Assembly (NCBI GenBank): GCA_964187785.1 | Contig: OZ076409.1 | Span: forward strand, 84,322,001-84,386,000 | DNA: 64,000 nucleotides | Source: Amphiscolops sp. MND2022 | Lineage: Eukaryota | Reading direction: 5' to 3' | Shown: positions 46,201 through 59,212 of the stretch, piece after piece | Layout of the letters: the number at the start of each line of letters is the position of its first letter | Position numbering within the stretch: the first letter of the stretch is position 1 | Program-made: the position numbers and the translations under genes | Notes under the pieces: generated by a model | The model's input: only the letters and a program-made list of their open reading frames with translations | What the model was told of the DNA's origin: nothing | Database searches by the model: none

Positions 46201-49200
46201 AAGGAAAACACTCTGTTTTCCAGTATGCTTATAAAAGAGATAAATGCAGATATTCAAACGAAAACTGTCCAGAATTGACATCGAAAAAGACAAAGTTTCG
46301 AAAATGTTCCGATTTGCACTATTTTTGTTCAATTTTTGTCAAAATATTTATAGACTTCGCAGACCAGAATGTTAACACGCCTAAAGCATGGGCAAAATTG
46401 TTGTTTCGGTGATCTTTTGTCGCGAGATAAGCTCAATTTGTGAAAAAATAGCCTCAAATGGACTCTGAATTGTCGAAAAGTTTGAAGATTTGTCGTTTTT
46501 GATGCAATTTCTGTTCAATTTCCGAACGATTTCGTTCTAAGTTCCAACCTAATCAACTAGAGAACGATCTTTGCATTACATTTTTTGAACAGAACGTTGC
46601 AGCGTTTTGCTTCAAAAACACTTCAAAAATATTCCAAAGGAGTCAAAAAATTTCAACAGCTTTGTTTTTGTGCAACTTGTGTTTTTTTCGAATAGTTTTG
46701 GAGTCAAAAGGATGGCAAACTTTATACAAAGACTGAACTGATAATCCAGTAGGCTTTTGAAGAAGTACTGCAGACTTCGGTTGGAAAATGGCGCATAATT
46801 TGCTGCAAAATTTCAAAAATGTCGAAGTTTTTGTCGGTTTCCGACAATTTCAGAGATTTTTAGTTGAGATTAGAAATTTTCGTTTGAAGAAAGTTTCGAA
46901 AAGCTGCAGATGTTGAAACTACGCCCGAAGCATATTCTTCAAAAACGTTGCCTAATTTATGGTCGAAAGTTTCCTCAGAATGACTCAAAAATTCAAAAGA
47001 CTGAGAATTTTCAAGTTTTTTAATCCTTTTTAGACCGTTTTTGTACAATTTTTGAGCTAAATATTTGCAATATAAGGCCTAAACAACTGAACAATGATTA
47101 ATACGGGTATCTCCAGTAGGCAATTTTGAAGAGATTACTGCATTTTTTTGTTGGAATTGGCTCAAAAACACAAAAATCAAATCCATGAAACAGCAAAAAA
47201 GCTCGTTGTTTGACAAACGAATCCCAACTTTTGTTCGTTCAAACCCTTTTCAATGACCTGAGTGTTGAAGCAATAAGGTATTCAAAATGCAATAGGGGAA
47301 AAAATGGGATAAAGTTCATCGAGTTTATAACAAAGGCGTCAACGTTTCCGAACGTTCTTTGTTTTCGACAACATAGTCCCAATTTTGGACAATTTCAAAA
47401 TTTACTTCAGTCAAAAATACTATAGGCTCAAGATTGAAACGTGTAGCTACCGGTAGTGTTTCGAAAAGATATCAGATAACTTTATTTGTACAAATTTCAG
47501 AAAATTTTACTCGAAAACGTAAATTTCGACCTCATGGTTTCAATCTAAGGAAAATGTTTCGAGCTACTCTGTCAGTTAGAATGGTGTAAACATTCAACAA
47601 CAACTAAACGCGGTGTCCAGTAGGCCTATTTTTGAAGAGACATCTGTAGATTCATGTTAGAAAAGTTCCTCGAATTGACTCCAAACTTGTTAAAACTATT
47701 TCCAATTTGACACTTCTGTTGAAACTATGTGCAGTTATACAACAAACCGTGATCACTCAACTTTCCTAAATTTGCAAAGGACCTGATTTCAAGTTATTGC
47801 CATTTTCGCAGTGCCAAAAATTACCTCAAAAAATACACCTGTGAGACTAGGAAACTACTTTTTCTCCAACACGAATCACAAAAGAATCCTTTTTTGGATT
47901 TTTTCCGTTAAATTTCCTCTATGGCGAAGCGAATGTCAGCTCGCAAAACTACTTTTCTCGAGCCGAAACCAGCTATGAAAGCAAGGGGCTACTCATTGAC
48001 CAAATGAACGTTTCGGAAAAAACGCACAGAGTCAAAAAATCTGAAATGAGGTAATTTACACAATCAGTAAGAAACCTCGTCAGTACCATATGATTAAAAT
48101 TAACAAAGAAGTCACCCTCAAGACTCGGGGAATCTGATTTCCTTCACAGAAAACCGCAAAAATTGAAAATTTTCAAAAATGTTTTTCGAAATTCATTCTC
48201 AAAGAAATTATTGAAAATTTTGTCTTGTCTCGGTAAGTTGCATAGTGCCGAAAAAACGCAAAGTGGCCAGCTATCGCAGAAATAATAACTTATGTGTTTT
48301 CTTGAAAATGGGCTAAGATGAATCAAAGCTTTCTTCTCTTCGAACTTCTTTGCGTTTTTATAGTACATTGGCTATTCTTGAGCCTCAAATTTATGTAGTT
48401 GTAGAACAGTTTGGGGGCGGAAAATATCTCGCTGCTCAGCGGGCGTCTTGTTGTAACTTTTTTTGTTTTTATTGTCAGTGATCAAACAGAATGGTCCACT
48501 TTTTCTTCTGCAGTGATTTCATATCATCGGGGAAGCAAGTCTAAAGTGTATCTAGGACCATAGAAAAAGGTTTTGAGGTTTTTTAAACGTTGTGCACTCT
48601 CGATTTCGAAAACTTTTAGATTTCCCCAAAAGGTCCCCTCTAGTATTTTGACATTTTGGGTGACAAAAAGCCTTTTCAAGCCTGAAGAGAGAGTGTTTTT
48701 CAGCACTATGATTTTTCTTCAAAGCAGCCATCCAGGTACAACATATTCAAAAAACTGCATTTTTGGAGCATTAAATGGGGCTCTGATTTGAGACGTTCCC
48801 GTCTTGTTTATTGAACAATCATTCAGAGTTTCAAGTTTTTTTAAGATAAAAGAGGAGGTTTTTTAAGTCGACTCGTTTCCAAAAAGTTTTTATGTGATAA
48901 AATTTGATGAAACTTCTGTGATTTTAGGTCGTCTAGCGATGGTGAAGCTCTTGTTGGAGAACCAAGCAACCATAGCAATCAACAAAACAGACTCAAACGG
49001 CATGTCGAACTTGCACCACGCAGTCATCAATGGCAATCTCGAGGTGCTTTCACTTCTAGTCAAGGTGTTTCGGGAGCTGGAATTTTCCATTGACCCCAAA
49101 ACTCCCGATGGTCTAACTCCTCTCAACTTGGCAGTGAAACTTGAACACTTTCAATGTGCAAACTTGCTTTTGGTCGAGGGTGCCGCTAATTTTTCAACAC

Positions 49201-51371
49201 GGGATCCAATTTATAACAGAAACACGCGCTCTTGGATCGATCTGAAGATGCAAAAGTATAACAAAAAGGTTAAAAGTGAACCTAAAAGTGAATGTATAAG
49301 TTCATATTGGTTCGATGTATGGAAAGGGCATGCATTTATCGCATGAAACCGGGTCTTCAAGGGAAAACATTCAAGTTATTTATATTGCTGAGAACAACTT
49401 TTTCTGTTCTTTCATTTTGAATTGAATTAGAGGAAAAAACCAACACAGTCGGTAATAAACATAGAGTTTTTTATTCTTTCCCTGAAATTCATAATTCATT
49501 AGGGTTATTTCATATCTTGATATTTTTTTAGGATTGAGGCAAATTTTTTTGACGAGTTTTCTGACAGCTCATGTCATTAAAAGTTAATGCTGATTAGGTT
49601 TCGTAATCTGAAACAACTGTATCAGAGAGATAATATAGTAGGTCTTGGTGTGGTATCATTACATTAGTGATCTGAAATATTCAAAGTTGATCAGAAATAT
49701 ATACAGTTGGATGAAAGCGTAAGATTTAGCTTTTGAAAATTCATTTGTGAATTCTTGTCATAGAGCTAATTTATTTGAATGAAGGTTGATGCTTCATTCT
49801 TGTACTGATTTGCCTTTTTTCCAACCAGTTTCAAAATTGCTGAGTTGAACCTTCCGGATCCATGTAACCATTTAAAAAATGCTTCGACAAAATTATGTGA
49901 AGAAGTGGGTAATTTCATGACCAGGCATAGTTGTTCATAAATCTAAATTTCCATTTACCTGGAATCCAATGTTTTGCATTTCATATGCTTTCGTCAAATC
50001 CTATAACTCGATTTTCACAGAAATCACGTTTCAAACCAGTGTTGTTTTTGTTTTTCAGTACCATGAAGAAATCTCGAGGTTTACGTTGCTGTCTCGGGCC
50101 AGGACAGAACATAAGATCACGATGCGCAAAAGAGGTCCCATGCCCCCTCCTAGATCTGCGTTGACCGCGCCCACCACCGGACTGCCGTTCTTGACGACTA
50201 GACCATCGACCACCAAAACGGAAGTGGAGAGCTACTCAAACCTCGTGAAACTCAACGAACTCAAACGGCTCAAGTTCCACTTAGAAGTCAAATGCTCCAA
50301 ACCGGGTAGGCATCCTCAAATCATTTTGACATCACTACTGGATGGTTGCGTAAAGCGACAATTCGTCCCAAGCGTCAGATCACCCCATTTTAAAAAGGCG
50401 ATAATTCGCCCCAATTATTAGAAACTGCAATTTGTGCCCAATTTCCAATTACTTCCTTTGTAAGAATGAATCCGGAAGTCTTACATTTAACTGGATAGTC
50501 TTCTTTCACATTCTTCAGTATTTTAAGACTAGGTACGTTAAAAAAATTTCCACTTTAATTTCCTAAAGGTTGTTGATTAGTTGATCAATTAAACAATTTA
50601 GGACGAATTGTCGCTTTTTACAAATGGTATGAATTGTCGCCTTTTCAAAATGGGGCGAATTCACGCTGGGGACGAATTGTCGCCTGATCGGATGGATGAT
50701 TGTTCACGTGTTCTAATGAGAGTGGTCCGCGCTTGTTTTTGGAGGTCTTTGAGAGGATTGTTACAACCCCTCACAAGCAAATTGTAGACATTTATTGCAA
50801 TTCATGATTTTGTACAGAAGCTTGACAAACAATCTTTGTGAAAATTCATTTCCTGTAAATGTGCGTTGTCAGGTTGAAATTCGACGTACATGCGTGTAAA
50901 AGATGTAAAAGTTGTTTTCTACAGCATTTATGGATGACAAGTCTTTCAAAAAAACATTCGAAGCAGTACCCAAGCATGGTATGAAATACTATTTGTTCTG
51001 ACTATTGAAGAAGTTGGTAGCTTTGAAGTAGTTTCGAACAATGGAACATTTGGAAAACGCCAACATTTCTTGAAAACACTAATAAAACTCTTTCACGTTA
51101 TTCCGCCACATAACCTTCTGGTTGTATTATAGGTCAATCGCCGAGGCTGAGTTTCAGTGCTGAAAGTTCATCTGATCAAGAAAAATACACTTCTACTGAA
51201 AGATACACAACGACCTACAAAGAGTCTCTTCCTCTGATTTATGACATTTTGCAGCACAAAATGAGATCTGAACAGCAAAGTCTCGAGCCTTTACTTCCCA
51301 AAGACTGCGGTTTTTTCCCAACAAGGTTCAGTTCTGCTCAGACTACTATTAGGAGCAGCATTCCAGAATGA
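43291..51371 (+). CDS. Ankyrin-repeat protein (ANKRD34/ANKRD63-like architecture), 359 aa; exons 43291-43371, 45100-45271, 48928-49268, 50059-50305, 51133-51371
   Basis: Ankyrin motifs LLHKVVSHGRIHQLKLLL, INSRDASGKTAVIL, TYAVIKGRLAMVKLLL, DSNGMSNLHHAVINGNLEVLSLLV, DGLTPLNLAV. All junctions are in phase (1080 nt). AATAAA at ~51518. Confidence 0.85.
45415..47700. repeat. Second, inverted copy of the same tandem-array element family, in intron 2 of the ankyrin gene
   Basis: 45415-45650 is the reverse complement of ~19550-19770 (tttttattttccgcccatatttcata vs tatgaaatatggacggaaaataaaaa), followed by ttcgttgtccag units. Right boundary approximate. Confidence 0.65.
50349..50690. mobile_element. Small MITE-like element in intron 4 of the ankyrin gene
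   Basis: gcgacaattcgtccc on the left and several ggacgaattgtcgc copies on the right (inverted, repeated). TSD not resolved. Confidence 0.55.
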
Positions 51372-53269
51372 AGAGCGAAGTAGACCTTCTAAAATTAGTC
51401 AACAAATACAACATTTATTGCTTTGCGGATATGGTTCTTTTCTGTTCTCCGACCACCAATATATATATATTTGAAAAATTATAACGTGAACATACTACCA
51501 GTATTTTTGAAAACATAATAAAAAGATTTGAACTAAACCAGAAATCCTCAAATTTAAATTTAATCCCAGGGTGACAGTTTAATTTCATGATATAAACAAA
51601 TTAGGGACAAAATTTGTTAATTTGAACATAATCACAGTTCAAGTGTGTGAAAAATGTTTTGTTCAAACGAAAAGCCATTTAAATAGACGTTACGTTCCTG
51701 TTATGGAAATAGTTTCACATCCAAGTAGGTCAGTTAAAAAAAATTGGTAAGTTTCTCTTGAAAACTTTTGAAGGTGTATGTTTTTCTGGTGCGGTGACAG
51801 AAGAGACCCGTGGATTGAAATGATAAAAGAGTGATTAATATTTCATTTTCAGTGGAATTATAATTTGTTAGTCAGAATATTTTATTAGTTTGTAATTGCT
51901 TTTATTGGTCAAACAAGAGATAACACGAAATTTGAAGGCGGTCAACATTCCTTCCTTGCCCCTAGCCAAATTTGCCTTAAGGTTCCGAATTCTCAACAAA
52001 TACAGAAAGGATACAAACTCATTAGATTCGTAAAAATCCGGTACCAACTGAAATTAATGAAAATAATTGGGCAAAACGTTTTGATTGAATGAAAAAGAAG
52101 CAAAAATTTGTACAAAGTGCTTTGGATGCACCTAAAACTTTAAATAAACAGTGAAATGGGCGGTAAAACTAAAAACTAATCCGAGGTGCAAACTAGTTCA
52201 AGGCTTTAATTTGCAACACGCTTCATGTCGTGCATAGTGCTCGATGACAGTAACCATTTTCCACCCAATTTCACACCCAATTGATGGAAGTTATTCCACA
52301 TAAAACTACCATTTTTTAAATTTCGTGAATAATCTCTTTGTGGTGATAAATTCAACTTTTTTGTAAAAAATGCTTCATGTGAAAGATGTCTCGAAATGAT
52401 CCCAAACGAGACAAAAATTCCAATTATTTCGACTTTTTGTTTGTTCTCGTTTTGTGCAGTTTCTAAACGATTTTGTAGTTGACAAAACGCCCACAAAAAG
52501 ACATTTTCTCCATCTTAGCCGTTTTAAGCTTTTTGTACAATTTTGGAATGATGTCGATGGTAAAAACGTAAGAAAGCTCGGAAACAAATCAGATACTTTT
52601 CCATCATACTTTGTTTTAAAAAAATTCCTTTTATTGCTGGACAATGCTCAGAAACACTAAAAGTTCGCCATTTTATTCAAATTTTCCGTGAAGTGTTTAA
52701 TGCTTTTTATAAATTGGCAGCATGTTTCTGAATATGACAATCCAAAGCGTCAAGATGGCAATCAGCCACTTTGCATATTTTTGTAGGAGGGAAGATTTTT
52801 TTGCGAACCAAGTTGTCAAATTCATGCTTCGAGCGTTTGATCCCGTTTTTGTAGAAGGTTTAGATGTTTTCGAATCTAAGAATACGCACAAAACTACAGA
52901 ACTACGTTTATATCTACCTAAAGATTTTAAGGAGTGAATAATCTAGTTTTGTTTTCTGCAAAAGACTGAATAAACTATGGTTTCAAAACTCAAAAGCTTT
53001 TTGGAGTAATGTAAACTTTCGGGTGTTTCCGTAAGTATAAAAATTCCGTAAGTATAAGAAATGGGCACCGCTTCTCATAGATGATCTCTCATCGATCCCA
53101 GTCTGTATCTGCCAATAGTATTGATTATTTTGACTCAGCAGAGCCACTGTTCCCTTAGCCATTAAAGACAGACTTAAATTTTTAGTATACTGTTACAACA
53201 GAACGTTTCCAGAAGTTCTTAGTAATAAGGAAAGAGGGGTCCAGAGCCAATAATGAACCTTAAGACGCT

Positions 53270-54810
53270 CCTAAAAGATCACGTTTGAGTAAATTCGGCA
53301 ATGTTCAACCTTTTTTGGACTTACGAAGCTTAGGAAAAACCACCATTTCTAATTTTTTTTAGATCATTTGAGTTAAGAAAAAGCATTTTTTGAAACTAAA
53401 AGAACAGTAGTAGAACTACACTACCTAGTAGTAAGTAACGGGGTATAAAGCCAATCGTGAATCCTTGACACACGCTTGGAGCCAATCATGAATCTTGATT
53501 TTTGGGAGCCAATTATAAACCTTTGATTGGTAGAGGCAATCATGAATCCTCGATATTCCAGAGCCAATTATGAATCCTTGACATTCTAGAGCCAATTATG
53601 AATCTTTCATAGTCTCTCGTGCATTTCTCATCGGTGAACTTTAGGTACCGTCGGGAAACCTAAACTTCAAAACATAAAGCATTTAATTGTTTGATGTTTT
53701 GACAACTCAGATTGGCGATGATGAAAATACGAGCATATCGACTCAGTAGTAATTGAAACCTGAATTAACCGAATGAAGCTACAAGCATGCAGCAAAGCAA
53801 GTCTGAAGAGAGTTCGAACATTTTGACCAATCAGAGAATAAGATGAAGGAAAAAAAGACAAAGTTTGCTGAGGAAAAATTAGTTTTTCCGGTAGACGTGC
53901 TTGAAGTAGTGAATTCAATTGTTTCGGAGTAGATTTGGATTGTCCTTTAAGAAATCAACAGCTTTGCTATCCTATTCATTGTCAACTTCTCATGCAATTG
54001 CCCCTTTTTGGCTTGTTTGAACTCACGTCCTGTTTTTACAGTGTTGTAGGCGGTTACTGCATTGAATCCGAAACTTTTTGCCAGAATGTCATTTCCAGAA
54101 TGTCATTTCCAGTTTTGTGGGTGTCTAAGATTCGCTTCCGGTCTTTTTCCGAAACTGATTTTTACGGTCCACGAAAAGACATTCCAATCAAAACTTGCGA
54201 AAATTCTTTTCTGTTCAAAATGAATTTTCAATTTTCAAAATGATTTCACTTTCGACATGAATTATACTTCCGTTTCGAGGTCGTTCAAGTTGAAAGTTTG
54301 GAGTTCAAAATGTTCTTATGAAAAAGGCAGTTTCAAAATGATTTAACTTCTGTTGAATTTGAGTTTTCAGAACCCGAAATTGAACTTTAAATGTTGTAAA
54401 TGCTTTATGCGTTGAAGTTTATGTTTTACATTTATATATGAAGTTCACCGATAAGAAATGCATGAGAGACTATGAAGGATTCTTAACTGGCTCTAGATTA
54501 TCAAGGATTCATTATTGGCTCTAGGATATCGAGGATTCATGATTGGCTCAACCGAACAAAGTTTTATAAATGGCTGCCAATATTAACGATTCATGATTGG
54601 CTCCAAGCGTATCTCAAGGATTCATGATTGGCTTTATACCCCTTTACTTACTACTAGGTAATGTATTTCTACTACTGTTCTTTTAGGTTCAAAAAAATGC
54701 TTTTTAATAACTCAAATGATCTAAAAAATAGAAATGGTGGTTTTTCCTAAGCTTCGTAAGTCCAAAAAAGGTTGAACAATGCCGAATTTACCTAAATTTG
54801 ATCCTTTAGG
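53270..54810. mobile_element. Foldback-type element with ~420-bp inverted arms containing ~22-bp gagccaat(c/t)atgaatccttga subrepeats
   Basis: 53270-53690 is the reverse complement of ~54395-54810. Confidence 0.75.
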
Positions 54811-55334
54811 CTCAGGAAGTGCGGTTGTTTGAAAAAAAATCAGAAAACAAAACCACCTAACCTCTATTGGAAAGAAAAAAATCACAACTATTGTAATTTT
54901 CGATCAATCCAAAAGAAACAGAGAGGTGATCTTTATTTCTCGAAAACGGTTTTCCTGACAACAGAAAGTCTAAAAAACCTAAAAAATCTTTGAAAAAAGT
55001 TTCTATTAGATTTTTCTGAGGAAACATTTTTTTCAAACAATCATTAATAACTAAGTCAAACAAATCTAAAAATTACTTTGGTTAGTCGCAACCCGAAGTC
55101 GCCCTTTTGTTTCGTTTGTTTTGTTTCTGTCAGAAGTCCAAAGGGGGATTTCTGTTTTTTGAAAAGTCAGACAAATGTCGCATAGTGTCGAAAAAAGATT
55201 GGATCATTTGGTGTTTCGAACTTTTTTCGGTCTAGCGTCGAACAAGAACCCGTCTACACGCAGAATACTCAGTTTTTACCCAGGTCATGTTAACCTCCGA
55301 ACCAAGTAGAATGCACTCCAGCACATGACAGACA

Positions 55335-56956
55335 TGTTACGACTCCTGATAGGGTCGTTGTTCTGTACATTTCTGATTATTTTTGTTGCTTCTTTGAAGG
55401 TTATTCTTCTTTTCTAGCTTTTCTTGATGAAAAGATTTTCGGATTTATCAATTTTGAATTGAAGTTTGCAGAGTAATTGTTTTAACAAAACAAAGTAGAA
55501 TTTGATACAAGACAGCAGATTGAATGACAAATTGAATGAATAATTTTACAGGTACAAGCTATATATACCCTCCTAGCATCATCTGTTCATACTCGCGTAA
55601 TTTAATTTCCATCGAGATATTAGTCACTTCCTGTAATTTTGCGGCAAAATTTTGATCTGCGTTAGCATTTCGTCAATTTTTAAGACACGGCAATTCTTAT
55701 CTAGTATTAGTCATCAACCATGATCATATCATTTCATTCCGGCGTCCTTTTGTTTCCTCCCAAGCAGGAAGTAGATATTACTTCAGTCTGTCAAACCGGA
55801 AATATTTCCCCGTTTTACTGCTTTGGTTCGTAAGAAACCGACGCGGAGATGACGCTGACGTGAACAACTAATACCTGATTTTGAATTTTTACTTGAAGAA
55901 AATTATGACTAATTATCTTGATTTAGTGATGCTAAGAGAGTGACTGATTTACATGAGGCAAAACAATTAAATATTTCAACAATTAACAATTATTTATCTG
56001 ATTAAAGTTAAGAGCAACACCTTTGAGCAACAATAAAAGACGACGTGACATCGTCAAACAGCCAATGAATTCAATAAATTAGGTAATCAAAGCATACATT
56101 CAGAAAACCTTCTTAGACTGCACTTTATTAACACAAAATGAAGATAAACTGTGACTTTCCAGTTTAAATAGCGTTAAAACACTGTTATTTTAAGTTAGTC
56201 TGAAAAATCCTGGCCTAAATACCATATTCCGTTCGAATTCGATCTTAGTCGACGCAATACTGACGTAGAATTGTGTTTTTTTAACTTCTAGTATATTAGT
56301 TGACGTATCGTTGACGTAGATTCAAAATTTGGCTTAGTTAGTTAAATTGCGACGTAGTGTTGCCGTTGATTCATATTCTAGCTTCAATTAGTTTTACCGT
56401 AGTAAAATAAGACTTCTTTTAAATTCAATACTGACTAAAACGCCTAATTTTATAACTTTGGGACGTAACTTTGGTATTAGACTTAGTCCGCCATTATAGT
56501 GGACGTAGCGTGGACGTAAATTTGCTATTTTGGATGGATTAAAACAGCTATTTTGATGGAAAATACTCAATTACGTCTAATTTCATAAACTTGTCAACGT
56601 CATGTTGACGCGTTTTCTTAGCAGAATTTAAGCTTCATAAACTTGTCAACGTCATGTTGACGAGTTTTCTTGGCAGAAATAAGATTTTGACTAGTTTGAC
56701 GTGATGCTGACGAGTATTTAGAATAAGACTTTAGCTAGTTAGCTGCCAGCGCTGTGACGTCACATTGGCGGAAAATTGGAATGATTTCTAGAAAACTATT
56801 AGTATAGGCGGATAATCGGATAGATTTTCTGGTATGCGTAGACGAGGCTGTGACGTTGCGTAGTCGCGACGCAAATTCAATCGTATTGGCAAAGCGGCGT
56901 AAATTAGTTTTAGTTTGCTTAATTAATTCAATCCAGTCCGGGCGCGGACTGTGACA
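55335..56956 (-). mobile_element. Solo LTR, 1,622 bp, 5-bp TSD AGACA
   Basis: TGTTAC...GTGACA termini flanked by AGACA (55330-55334 and 56957-56961). The duplicated region at ~62371-62390 shows the empty site catgacAGACAtcc. Orientation inferred from the TGTCACAG end shared with the full-length element. Confidence 0.88.
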
Positions 56957-59147
56957 AGACATCCCGGAAAAAAGTTTTGAAAGTTCCCCGGCTTAAACTA
57001 AGATTTCACTTTTCCAAGTCAACGGAAAATAACAAGTGGAAAGTTCAAAATGCCTTTCTAGAAAAAGCCTTCTGGTCAGAGTTTTTCTCTGAGGAATCTT
57101 CGACCTTTAAGACAATTATTTGGAAAAACCTTCACAAACTTTCCTGGATGAAAAATGGTTATAAGACAAAAGCTTTTTTCTAGTTTTATGAATTAACCAG
57201 TTGCCCAATTTGGAAATACATCAAAAGTATTTTGGTCATTTTGACCGGATTAAAATAACCGAAGCTAAGCCACTTTGATAGTCGCGCGCCTTGTTTTTCA
57301 TTAAGCGCCGATTAAAAAATGAAATAAAAGTTGGAGTGAGCCTCGATTCACAAAAAGTTCGAGTTTAAGTGTGCCAATTTTGAGATCAAACACTTTGTGC
57401 TTGGCATTTTTCATTCGCTACACTATGCTCAGCATACGATTTTTTTCCGATCAAAAAGCCAGAAAATAAAATCGCATTCATGATTGACTCCCCTCATCCA
57501 TGTGATGTATTTTGAAAACTCCGTCCCTGAGAATTCCCTTTAAATAAAAATTTTTATGATGTGTTAATAATACCAACAACGACTGCATGAAAACGTGAAT
57601 TCACACGCGGATCCTTCCACTTTATATTCAATTTTCAGTTCCGAGACTTTGAGAGCACAACTTGTCTTCTGAAGTATCACGAAGTTCTAGATTAACAAGA
57701 GAGAAAAAGCGAGAAAAAACAATTTTGTTTTTCCCCTTTATCTAGTTTCTTTTGCTTTTTCTTTTCATTTATTCATTCAAAACTGCTCCGGTGGCGCCTT
57801 AGTGCAGTCTTTGTAAGAAGAACCTTTGTTGGATTCTTGGTCTCCATTGAGCAAGTTGAAATTGAGGATGAAAAGTGGAACACAGTTTGTCTGTTCCGTC
57901 TAACCAGACGCCGACCATTGCTCCCTGATAGTCTACATGGTGTCAAAATTATTCATTAATCTTCTTTGATCTCCTGAAATTTCATTATCGACAGCCGCTT
58001 CCCAACCTAACACCGAAATCGACTCGCTCTCTCAGAAATTCGAGAATGGCGCGGAGATAATGCAGTTGCGTTTGTTCAATCCTAATACAAAAGAGCGTCG
58101 CAAAATGAGACGCAAAAGTGCGAAAAAGAAGCTCTCTATAATTTAAAAAGTAGTTCAGATAGGACCATTCATAGCCGAGTTTAAGTGTGTTCATTGAACA
58201 AATGAATTTTTATTGGTTCTTTTTAAAACCATAGTTTAAGATCAAATGCTCCAATTAGTTATTAATGGTATTTCAATAACCAAAAAGTTGAAAAACATGA
58301 TCCTCAATAAAACCGTTAAAATTTATTTTTGTCTAAAAGTGCCTGAAAACGTAAAAGCAAAATTTACGAAGTTTGCTGTTCTCAAATGGAGTTTAATTCG
58401 AAATTTGTGCTCAACTAGAAATCAGCGCACGTCTAGGAATGCACGCTATTGTCAGCTCTATTCAGTATTGGTTTGCTAATTTTAAATATTAAAATAAAAA
58501 TTTTAAATTTTGGAATTTAATTTTTAATTTTTCTTGAGAAAACATGACAACGCATGAAGATATGCATGGAAATATGCATAACATCAGGTAAAACCAATGG
58601 CTTCCATTCTTGCTTGATCAGCTGGATCCAATAATACTTTCAAGAAAACCTTTCGTTTAACAGACAACACTTTGGCATGAACTGTCATATTTTCCCGCTC
58701 AAATAATACAGCTGAACAAATTATATTAGTTACTTTGAGAAAAAATGAATATAAGAAAGGAATTTGATTTTTTTTTTACAAAAACACGATTTTTCCAGTA
58801 TAAAAGGAAGAAAGCTAAGAGTGCATTGATCATTTAGAGAAGAGTATAAATGAAGGGCGGGACCGTCCGATGTTTGATTGACAGGCTCAAGAGGACAATC
58901 CGGAGACTTTGCGTTAGAACGCCGAAGCACTGAATGTACAAATGTCTAATGGAGAAACTTTTAATGAATTAAATATCATTTTTGTTTCAATCAAATGTAA
59001 TTGTTTACACTCAAGAACAACCCCCCCCCCCAAAAAAAGAAAAGTTTCTATATGAATGTATGGTTTAAGGTTAAATATGTGGGGGAGAAAATTTCAGACC
59101 TAATGAGGAACTAACTTATCAGCGTGACCGAAAAAGGCAAAGTAAAG

Positions 59148-59212
59148 CCACTGCTTCTTTCGTTTTTTTTTAAAAGATATATCTTTTAAAAAAAAACGAA
59201 AAGAAGCAGTGG
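59148..59212. repeat. Spacerless palindrome, ~65 bp
   Basis: ccactgcttctttcg-T9-aaaagata|tatctttt-A9-cgaaaagaagcagtgg, with one 1-nt bulge. Confidence 0.9.
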
